From a virus (Duplodnaviria; Caudoviricetes): 59,185 nucleotides of DNA. The DNA is taken from the IMG/VR virus record IMGVR_UViG_3300044513_001810, positions 1 to 59,185 of that record. One strand, 5' to 3'. The translations under genes and the position numbers were made by a program. Under the pieces are notes generated by a model. It was not told the DNA's origin, did not search any database, and saw only the letters and a program-made list of their open reading frames with translations. This document shows, piece after piece, positions 16,221-26,900 of the stretch; the stretch's first letter is position 1, and every line of letters starts with the position of its first letter.

Positions 16221-16438
16221 AGAAATGTACGAAGGCACACCGAAGCATGATGTGTACCCTGGCTATGGAGTACATTGATGCTCGCCTGGAAAAGATGCAT
16301 AGCCTACATGCAAACTTTGGGACTGGTGGCAAACTTGATGTGGTTACCAAGTCGCAGTTGAAGAGCGAGATGAGCAAACTGAATAAAGAAATCCGGGAGT
16401 TTGCACCGGAGTTTTACAAGTCAATAGCAAACGATTAA
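16217..16438 (+). CDS. Hypothetical protein
   Basis: ATGA-coupled ORF. Confidence 0.65.
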   Translation: MKKCTKAHRSMMCTLAMEYIDARLEKMHSLHANFGTGGKLDVVTKSQLKSEMSKLNKEIREFAPEFYKSIAND

Positions 16439-16455
16439 TTTAATACCCTTTGTTT

Positions 16456-16815
16456 ATGAGTGATACACTCTCTATCTCCGGCAAGGTCAAGAGCCTTGGC
16501 CAACCCAAGAACATCAGCCTCAAGAGTGGGGAAACGATGACAATTAAGACGGCGGTAATCACCACCGATGACAAGTACCCCCAGGACATTCCCTTTGAAG
16601 CGGTGAATGACAAGGCATCTTTGTTTGATGGCCTCAAGCCTGGGCAAACTGTAACGGTTTACTTCAACCTACGCTCGTATGAGTACAATGGAGAAACGCG
16701 TATGTCTGCACCTCGTGTATGGAAATTGGAAGGAGGAACCACAACGGCCCAACCAGCCGCCGCCCAACCAGCCACAGCGTTTGCCGGTCAAGATAATGAC
16801 GGCTTGCCGTTCTAA
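16456..16815 (+). CDS. Single-stranded DNA-binding protein (DUF3127-like)
   Basis: YPQDIPFE...V.FNLRS.EYNG; acidic tail DNDGLPF. Confidence 0.85.
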   Translation: MSDTLSISGKVKSLGQPKNISLKSGETMTIKTAVITTDDKYPQDIPFEAVNDKASLFDGLKPGQTVTVYFNLRSYEYNGETRMSAPRVWKLEGGTTTAQPAAAQPATAFAGQDNDGLPF

Positions 16816-16817
16816 CA

Positions 16818-17219
16818 ATGACGGACGCGGACTACCAACAACTACGAGAAACCCTTTCGGCCATGGCTGACGGGGTTTCTCTTAACAAACGCAAGGAGTA
16901 TACGGGCAACGATAAAGATGTCCTTAAAAACTTTAAGCGTATCGCTCACCGACTTGGCTTATCGCCACTACATGTATGGTCGGTATACTTTAATAAGCAT
17001 GTTGACTCGGTCAACACCTACATTAAAGACGATGGTGAGGTAAGTGAAAGCATGGACTCCAGGTTCAGCGACATGCTGAATTACCTATACCTGGGCTATG
17101 CTTTAGTTAAAGAAAAAGAAGAAGAAGAACTACGGCAGAAGTTGTTCCACCTACCGCAAAGGATTGCACTGAACTACGGCGAACCTTCTTCCGATGAATC
17201 AGAGATTCGGTTTGTCTGA
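16818..17219 (+). CDS. DUF1599-like / nucleotide-modification-associated all-alpha protein
   Basis: KRKEY...VLKNFK...KH...ESMDSRFSDMLNY. Confidence 0.55.
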   Translation: MTDADYQQLRETLSAMADGVSLNKRKEYTGNDKDVLKNFKRIAHRLGLSPLHVWSVYFNKHVDSVNTYIKDDGEVSESMDSRFSDMLNYLYLGYALVKEKEEEELRQKLFHLPQRIALNYGEPSSDESEIRFV

Positions 17220-17451
17220 TTTCGCGCTCTGCTACTATCACGCTATCCCTCACAGCAACTTGGGTTTGTAGGTTGAGTATCTGCTCCTCCTTCAGACCCA
17301 ATTTTTTTTCCAGGAAATCTCCCTTCTCAATATCCTTGGCTATCATCCGCAGTTGTGTCGGAGTGAAGCAAGTTAAAGAATCCGTAACGCTCTGCGAATA
17401 CATCGCGTAAGGAATCAATAGAAAGAGTATCAATGTGAGATATCGTTTCAT
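17107..17451 (-). CDS. Secreted/membrane coiled-coil protein, possible spanin partner
   Basis: Signal peptide, coiled coil and C-terminal hydrophobic tail; overlaps 17327-17665. Confidence 0.5.
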   Translation of the reverse strand: MKRYLTLILFLLIPYAMYSQSVTDSLTCFTPTQLRMIAKDIEKGDFLEKKLGLKEEQILNLQTQVAVRDSVIVAEREIRQTESLIHRKKVRRSSVQSFAVGGTTSAVVLLLLFL

Positions 17452-17665
17452 CGTATTCAGTTTGTAGTTCATGCTCGGCAGTGATTAAAGAATCATATGC
17501 CACATCCAATGCAACAATCATCTCCTCGTAATCAGAGATGGTACGCTCCAGTTCCCACAGTTTCTCTTCGTAATCGTTACGCTGTGATAGGGTAGACAAT
17601 ACCCACAGCACGCCCAGCAGAACCGCGATGGTCTGCCAGGCTACGATATGGGTCTTGCTGTTCAT
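17327..17665 (-). CDS. N-terminal TM plus coiled-coil protein, possible inner spanin
   Basis: One TM helix then a heptad-rich region; follows a holin-like gene. Confidence 0.5.
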   Translation of the reverse strand: MNSKTHIVAWQTIAVLLGVLWVLSTLSQRNDYEEKLWELERTISDYEEMIVALDVAYDSLITAEHELQTEYDETISHIDTLSIDSLRDVFAERYGFFNLLHSDTTADDSQGY

Positions 17666-17904
17666 TACTTCTTATTCGCAAACTTTTCCAAGCCGGCGAT
17701 TCCAAATGCACCAAGAGTCACATACACGAAACTCATGTAGGTGAAGTCGTTGATTACCAGGTCTTTACCCAAAGCCCCAGTCAATACATCAGCCAGCATC
17801 ACCGCTACCATGATAGCGAAAGACAGAAAACCAACAATGGTTTTTTCATTCCAAGTGTTATCGTCTTTGAAAATACTAACCAATCCGTTTAAAAAATTTT
17901 TCAT
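17665..17904 (-). CDS. Holin-like protein
   Basis: 79 aa, two TM segments, basic C-terminus. Confidence 0.6.
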   Translation of the reverse strand: MKNFLNGLVSIFKDDNTWNEKTIVGFLSFAIMVAVMLADVLTGALGKDLVINDFTYMSFVYVTLGAFGIAGLEKFANKK

Positions 17905-17922
17905 ACCATACCTTATTGATTA

Positions 17923-20900
17923 TTAGTATTCAAAGATATTGTTAACTGGTCGGTCAGTCAAAGATATAGGCCAAGTATCTGATGTGTTGCCGATGTTGTT
18001 CAGCATTTCCTGGGCTGCGTTTAGGTAATCCATTTCTTCCGCAGTCAATCCGGTGCTTGCATCCTTTGCCGACAAAGAGGTGACTATGTATTCCGCTTGT
18101 AGGTATACGGTAGCATACTTGGAAGCATCGCGAACAACTTGATTCAACACCTTCTTCAACACCTCTTGCTTCTTGTTGTCGCGCAAAGCATTCACATCAA
18201 CAATACCATCGTCAGCCACATCAATAAAGTCCTCAACAGCATCCTCCGCTATCTCAAGTAGTCCGCTTTCAGACAACTCAAGCATGCGGTCTTTAATCTT
18301 CGCGCCACGCAACACATAGAACTTATACTCTTGTATGTTGTCCATAGGAATTGCACGCTGGTACAAAGCAGATTCTGAATCATACACAACCATGCCTGGA
18401 TATGTAGGTGCTGGAACAAAGCAATTGTTCATGACAAATGTTTCGTAGAAATACTCCCTTGCATAGTCACTCACCTCGTTTTGAGGAGGCTCTGATATCA
18501 TTGGGAAGTAACGGAACGCGTCTGGCTGTACTGGGTCACCAAGCACATCCACCAATGGGTGGTTTGTTTCATTGGTAAACATCAACATCTCACGCTTCCA
18601 GTTGTCAAGTAATTCAAGACGCTGGTTCAACGGCATATTGTTATAGTCAAGAACCGAGCGGTTCAACTGCTGTACAAAGTTCGGAACTGTAAGGGTCTTC
18701 ATTGTTTGCTCTAACTTTTTGTAGATATAAGTGTCTTGCCATGAACCGTCTTGTCCAGCACTACTTCCAGACGAAGGAATACCCTTGAACAACTCTTGCA
18801 GTCCTTGAACGAATGTGTAGTCTGACAAGCCTTCAAAAAATGCCGTGACACCAATCGTTGCTTTAGTCATGAACTCATCTATTCCAGTCTGCTGGTCCAG
18901 TAATCCTTTCTCTTTGAAGTCTTCGTAATCAGTAATAGCACCCAGCGACATAAACACCAAGGAGAGTGGGGTTTCTCGGTACTCCATAACCTTTGGCTCA
19001 TCAAGCAATGGTCCTCCAGGATAAGCGCGGTAGAAGGTGATTGTATAGGGCTTCCATCTTCCGTCCATTTGTAACTGGTAATCTTTATATGGGTCACCAG
19101 TTCCCCCTCCAGTAATCTTCCATGCCGGTAGTTTCTCTTCATCGTCATCATCGCCAAACGATTTCATGCCAGCCAAGAAGAATCCCATTACGGAAGTTCC
19201 GAATACTGCGCGAGCGTATGCGCGGCGGCGAGAATCCTGGTTTCTGAACACCTGGTATCCAGGCTTTCCAAGACCTCGTGCAACAGCATCACCGGCTATG
19301 TTTACAAACTGCAAAGGCGTATAAGAATACAGTCGGTTACCAACATTTGCAAGCACCTTCAAGAATGGGATATACAGTGCCTTACCTATACGCATGGCTG
19401 AATCAGTCACTGCGCCAGTACCATCCTCTTCCAACGCGCGTATCATACCACGATATATCTTACCAAGCACACCGGCCGGCTCGTTCATGAATATGTTTTC
19501 AGTTGCTATGCGCTCCGCCTCTGCCTCTATATCATTTAGAGCCAAGTCTTGTTGCTCAAGTTCAGCGATTCGCAATCGGAATCCATTGGTGTGTGGCTTG
19601 TAGCCCTCGGCCACGGCTTGAGTTCCGTATTTCTCACGGCGCGCTTGGCGTTGCTCTACGGTTTCATCGCCCATGACAACAAGGAGAGCGTTCTCTTCAA
19701 GCAATGCTAACTCCTCCTGGCTCATAGCATCGGTGTCCCTACCTTGCGCCAGGCGGTGCATGATAACAGAAACCTCACCACCCTTGGACATACGGCGCAT
19801 GCCGATATCCACAGCAGAAAGCATGCGGCCGGGCAATTTCATGAACACCGGATTAAAAATCTGTAGTGCAGTGCGGCCTAATATCGTTTCAACAGCACGC
19901 CAAACTTTATTGTCGGCCGTACTTGTATAAGCATCATCACCCCACAACTGGTTGAACCCATACATCTCGTATAGAGGAACCTTGGTTGATTGCAATGCAA
20001 ACTTATCTGAACCGCTACGCTCGTAACGAATACCAGTCTTTAGAGTAAACCAGGCTTGGTCTAATGCCGGGAACACCGAGCGACCCACACCTCCCCAGTA
20101 CTTAAAGAAGGACATTGGAGATAGATTTGCCAATGGTAAAACAATACCTTCAGTCACAATACTGGCGATGTTAGCCGCAAAGTTTTTCAATTGCGTACCA
20201 AATCCAGACAGCATGTTAGAATAATACTGCGCCTCGGCAATGTCAAATAAAGAAACCCCTTCAAGTTTTGAAATCTTCTTGAGTAACTCAAACTCTGCCT
20301 TGACATACTCTTGCGTATTGTCTTGGTAAGATTTCATAATCTCCGCCAAGTTCTTTATCTCTTCAAGGTCTGCTTCAGTATATGGCACACCCTTCTTATC
20401 AAGTTTGCGCTTGATGTACGCCGCCATCGTTTCACCGCCGGCACGAGATATCAATGAGAACGCCTGGATGAACTGACCAGCACTGGTCGCGTCAAGTGCT
20501 AACTGCTCCACCATATCTCGCAACGCCTCACGGTAGTTTTCTGCAAGGGCAACTGCACCGTTAGAGTCTAATTCAAGAATCATGTCACTGATACGCTCAT
20601 TGACTTCATTAAACAATGCCACACGAACTGCACTAAAGCGGAACGACTGTGCGTTTGCACTTTGATTTTGACGGCCTTGCTTGGAGCGAGAAGGGATAGG
20701 CTCTGCCGAAGACGGAGCATCAACCCTTTTGTCCTGGAACAGTAGGTTGACACGGTCCGGCTCTACCAACATTCTGATAGCGGCTGGTAATCCAATCTCG
20801 TCTATCAACAACTTGGCTTCCGCACGAGTCATCTGATTAGAACGAGGGAAATAACTCTTTGTGTTTTCAGTAATCTCCTCGGTAGTTCTTTCGTCCGGTA

Positions 20901-23900
20901 TGGCCTTGGCCCAGGTAGAAGCAGTCATACGCTCCTTGGGTTGGGTAGCAGTTTCACGACCGCCAACCATTACCAGGTTGGTAGCCGCTTGCCTTGACAT
21001 GCCAGCATCTACAAGTTTTTTGATAACCCTCTTCGGAGGAAGCCCACTATCCAATGCCTTCTTGACAACGCGCTCAAATCTCTTGTCGCCATCAATACTA
21101 AAGTACAACCCGGAAGAAGCCATAGGGCGCGCTGGACTCATGTTCATGTTCTCGTCCATACTTGAGTTCATGTATCCAGCCGCCTTGTGGGACTTGATAG
21201 ACTCTTGCATAGTAAAGAATGGGAGGCGTGGCAACTTGGCCAGGCCAGGGAACATAACCTCGTGTGGTTCAAAGCGGTTGCGCTTCTTATCCCACAACGC
21301 CCACTGCGACATAAAGATTCCAAGGCCGTTGCGCGTGGCAACTTCATTGTTAATCTGCAATGCCTTCAGATAGAAGTCGCCAGGGATACTAACCTTACCG
21401 TCTTTTGGTGAGGTCAATAATTGGTTGTACTTACCCACGAACTCCGTGAAGCGTGGGTTGATTTGACCAGTCTTGGCAACCTCATACACCGCTTGCTTTT
21501 GACTAACAAGGTCAAACATAGACATCATAAAGGCTTGGTTAGCACCTCGCTGGGCCATCAAGTCGTCAAGGTTTGTCACCTCAACAGACTCTGCTGTAAC
21601 AAAGTCGTGCTTGTCAATGTACTCTTTCTTGTCTTTAGCGGTACGCTTCTTGCCTTTGTATATGTCGCGAGCCTTAACGGCATTGTTCCACTTGGCGATA
21701 ACCTTGCTCTCTAATTTGGCGCGGTCCGCGCTGTTAGCCAATAACTCCGTTTCAAATACACGAAGCATGTGTCTGTCCATCGCGCTGATAGCAGCCACCA
21801 GTGGGTCTTGCCACACACCGGAGAAGGAGGCTGTCTTGGCTTGTAGGCCACGGACCTCGGTCATCATACGCGTCATGAAAGACACCCATGTTTCATCCGG
21901 TGACTTGGCAAAGAAGTCCGCGCCTTTGTTCTGCCCTTCAATAGGAGAGTCCATTCGGAACTTAAACGCCAACTCGGCAAGGTTTGTATACTCACCACTA
22001 CTCTTGATTCCAAGACCGCCTTTGTCTGCGGCTTGCGCCTGGAAGAAGTATGTGATTTTTTCCTCAAGTGCTGCACGCTCCTCCTTGGTCATGTTAAGTG
22101 GGTCGGCAACGCCAGCCAACATGTTAGCATAACCTTGGATGGTAAGCACTGGAACTTGCTCGGCTGTTAGAGATTCAATCTCACCAGTAAAGTACTGGCG
22201 GATTAACTCGTCAGATTCAGCATGCTCAATGGCTTGAACTCTGCCCACAGCAACTTGGAACTCGTTTGGAGTAAGCGGTTGATTGGGTGATAGTAGGCCG
22301 AAGATAAACCCATTGAAGACTGATACCGAATCACCCTTCTCCGGAGTCATAGTACGACCCAACTTGCGATATAGTTTGTTGCGGTTAGACTCGTTGGTAA
22401 TTTGTGCTGGATTCCAACCTTGTTGTTTCATCCAAAACAATTCAGCAAACGAGAACACGCCGTCCTCAATGCCGCCAGGGATGTTCCAAACAACACCTGG
22501 GGCCATCTGCACTGATACAGTTTCCCTAACCTTACCGAGATTACTTACACCATACTTCTTACCGTAGTCATTCAACGGTAAGCCGCCTACGCGGAAGTCA
22601 GATGTGTTTTCGTCCCATGTTAGTTCAAGGGGAGTAGATATTAACTCCGGGTTTCTCGTTGCGAATCCTTGTTCACGGAGGTACGATGTTTCGGCGAACG
22701 CGAGTAAGCCATGAAGTTCCGGGTTTGTCCGGTAGAGGTCTGGATTTGCATCCCGGAATCCTCGAATTGTTTCAAGATATCCGCCCTGGTCACTTGTTTC
22801 TTCATCAAAATTTCTTTTACCTGGTATTACTTGCGCGCCACTCTGCAAATCAGTGCCTAATTCAGCACCTAAACCACTCAAGAAGTGTAGCGCATCTTGA
22901 ACTTCTTGGTCGTTTTCTGGAAACAAATGTAATAAATTGTCACCATATGTAATAGAGAAGCCTTGGATTCCGGCTTCAAACATTCTCTTTCTAAAATCTT
23001 CACTGGCCTTTTCGTTGCCGTCAGAACCAAGGACATTTCCAGGAACCGGGATACGCATATAGAAATTCGTATCGTCAGCAGTCGGGTCAAGGGTAGTGTC
23101 TTCCGTAAAACGAACAACACTTTCTTGCTGGTCTGGTGCAATAGCACCAAGCACTGCCGTGAACAACTTAATGTTTTCCGGGTCACCATTAATCTCAAGG
23201 AATTGAGATGCCTCTTGCAAGAATCGTCCGGCTTCGTTGCCCATAAAGGTGTATCCACCGTGCGCTGGTGACTGCTGGCCAATCTCAATACCCAACAAGC
23301 CGGCAAGTTTACTTGTCTGTTCTGATAAGTACTGGAATTGAAGCGTCCCATGCACACCGTTTACATCCTCAAGTGTTAGTGTTTCTACCGAACGGAACGG
23401 AGCAACGCCAATCTTCGCCGCTTGTGACGGCGTTATAGATAGGTATAGGTTTGACTTCTTAACCGCCTCTGCTCCTAACGGATTTGTTATATCAACAGAC
23501 GGTAGGTTTTGTTTTGAATCAACAGCAAATCGCTTGACGCGCGGCGTAGTGTTTACCGCCTGGTTGTATTCATCTGCTGTCTGACCAAACGGATTGTCTA
23601 CGATACTCTCGTTGAGTTTATTTGAATTGATTATAACTGCTTCATGATATTTTGAGATATCTGAACTTACATACCAACCATCAATACCACTCTCCTCCAA
23701 ACCCTTGCGAACATTGTTCATCTCGCCGTAGTTTGTACCGTTGTAAGTAAACATTGTGAGGTCGTGAAGCGATAGGCCAGCCATGCTCTCACCGGCCATC
23801 AGTCTGTCTGCATAGTATGCCGCAGCATCCGTTGTCCACGCAGATGGCGCACCACCAAGACCTTTGTTTGCTCCGTAAAACTCATCCATCTTTGTGCGGT

Positions 23901-26900
23901 AGTCAACATCACTATAGATGTACTCATCTCGGATAGCCTTAATTTTTTGCGCTTGCTCGGCCGTCAAGTTCATCAAGAACCTAAAGTCATTCTTAAACTT
24001 TCCGTCTTTCATTAAAGTAACCAAGTCGGAAAACTTCGTATCATAATACGGCAACAAGTTCATGTTCTCTGGATTAGAGAACACAAAGTAGTTACCATAG
24101 TCGTTTGCCTTGTATGCGGCATTGGTAAAGTAAAGACCAGTGCCATATGTTCCAGCGCGGTATTGAGGGTTGAAAGAGTTCAGACTCTTCTCCATCGTGC
24201 CGTGGAAGAGTAGCCCAGAGTTTCTCGCGCTCTGCAACATAGGAATGTCTGCCGCCATGGCAAGGTAGATTCCTGGTTCTGCTGTAGGTGCTGGCGTAGG
24301 CTCCATGGAAAGAGATACCTCTGAATCAACGCCATCAATCGTAACGGTATTCTCGCTCTTGGGTTGCACACGGCGTTGCGTACCATCTAACAACTCAAGG
24401 CCGTAGCGGTTTGCTTGTTCATATAGAATGTTTTCGCCGCCGATTTTTAATATAGTGCCATTGCTTTGACGAAGGCCAACAATACCGTCAGTCACTTCTA
24501 AATCACCAATCGCATATTGACCCCGTGTATCTCTCATGACAACACGCTGGTTTTGCATTTCACCAACAGTAGGCACAGCAATGCCGGAAGACATATCCCC
24601 AGTTACAACTTCATATGCACCACGGTCAATAAATTCGCCCAGCGTATACTCTTCAAAACGCTTGTCTGTTAAGTTTAGGGTCTTCTGTAAGTAGTTAAAC
24701 AACTCATCAATCATTTTAAGGAGTTGTTGTAAACCCGGTGAATCTTTTGCCGTCAAGGCTAACTCTGCACGATTCTCAATAGCATGGACAATCGCCTCCA
24801 TTGCGCGGAGGTCTGTCCCGGTGTACTCTGCAATATCGGGTACAAGACCCATAATCCCAGCATCGTTCTTGGCCAACTCTATCATCTTGTTATACAAGTT
24901 GGTGTTGTTGGCCTTAACATAATTTAACCACACATGAGTAAATTCATGGATGGCTGTACCAAGTGTTGCTGACTCTGGGTTTAGGAATATGGTGTTTGTG
25001 GTTTCATCGTAGAATCCTTTGACCTCTTTCTTGTTGCTCTCTTTAAGAGTTGGAAACTGCTTCATCACGCGATTGCGATAAACCTCGTCAAACGCGGCTT
25101 GGTCTGTGACAGCAGATGTGCCAGGGAAGTTCTCCTCAAGTTTCTTTGCCAACGCACGAATGTGTGGTGCGGTGCGAGATTGAGTCGGCACTCCAAGGTT
25201 GTTTAGGTCATCTGCCAACTCATCCTCCACGCGGCGAGCCGCCTCGTTTTCCTCTTGGCTTGGGACAGCCGGGTCGTTGTTTCTTGTGTTTAATGACGAT
25301 GGGTCCTCACTGGCCCGTTTGATTACATCGTTTAAGTTTTCAGTTAACTCATTAACAACCGGGTCAAGTTGAGGTGTTGACCCTACTTCTGTAAGGGCAG
25401 CCAACGCAACATTGACACCGTGCAATTCCATAATCTGCTGGTCAGTAAACGACTCACCCTTGTTCAAATCAAACGCAGTGCTTTGCCCGTTTACCTGGGC
25501 ATTGGTTTGAGCAGATGCCGTTTCCAGGATGCGGATGAATTTGTCTGCATCTTGCTGTGTGAACTCTCTAATGGTTTCTCCGTCTTCGTCAACAAACTTA
25601 TTACCGACATAGTCATTGATAATGTTGCGAGTCCTTTCCGGATTCAAGTGCATGCGGAACAACAAGTCCTTCTGCATGTGAGCAAGGTTGCCGTTCGTTT
25701 TAACAACATTGACCATTGGAAAGATAATACCAACAGTACCACCAAGTATCATTTGGTCTACGGTTCCAGGGCCAAACGACTGTATGTCAACATTCCCTTT
25801 ACCGGCTTGACCGAGAAGAAAACTGGACGCGTCTTGAGCAAGAGGTTCAAATATACCCTCCTCACTGGCCTCCATTAAGCCGGCCTTCCAAAATGTACTT
25901 CCGTACTGGCTTGCTCCGTTACGGAACATTTGAAGACGAGTGTTGTAACTGCCTCTTATAAAGCGATTTACATCACCCTTTTTAACCTTACCCCACGCCT
26001 TGTATGTGGTGTTAAATTCCGGGTTTAATCGGTTAACCGTCACCACAGCAAAGGTTCCACCAAGGGCATGGTATGCCGCTTCAGTAGGGGTAAGACCTTG
26101 GTCAAGGTAACTCTGATACATTCCGTTATGCATCTGCATAGCCATTGTGAGTTCCGCCCCTTGACGATAAGCAATTTGTTTAACTGCTTTTTCAGTTAGT
26201 TGCGCTTCAGCAAAGCCCAGAGTTCTTTTAATTCGGTTACCAGTTTTTACGGTGAGTTTAGCCGTTTTTAGACCAATGCCGGCCTTGGCCCAACCAGCAC
26301 CACCAACAAGCATGGTTCCTACATCAAAAGTTGTATTCATGGTTTGAAACCAAAAGACACCACTGTTAAATTGCTGCTTGCGCTCTTTGCCAGCAAGAGT
26401 ACCCACGATTCTGTTAGACAAAGCCTCGTCAAATATCATGTACCCATCCTCACCTCTAATAGAAGTATAATCTTTATTGGCACTTTGCATATCTTCATAC
26501 TCAACAGTATAAGTCTTGCCGTCTACCACAGTGGTCATAGCATACGGATAAAATGAACCCATATGATTTGATGAAGTTCCAAACCCAGCGTATTGCTGTG
26601 GGTCCAAAACATCAAGGAATTTGTCTGCCCACCTATCCCAGGAGGTGTAATTTTCTGACGCAATACCCGTCATATCTCCAACGGTAAGGGTAATGCTATT
26701 TACAAGACTTACCCCACCTTGAACAAGGGCCAGAGCCTTACCGCCTCCATAAGCGGTTGCACGCACTTGATGACCGACAAGTGACTTAACACCTACATAA
26801 GGCGTATTATAAGAGGCATCCACTACATCTGCCATAGTGTTTCCAACCCAAGGGACTTCTCTTAAACCAGCCTCTGTAGCCTCAACGAATGCATCAACAC

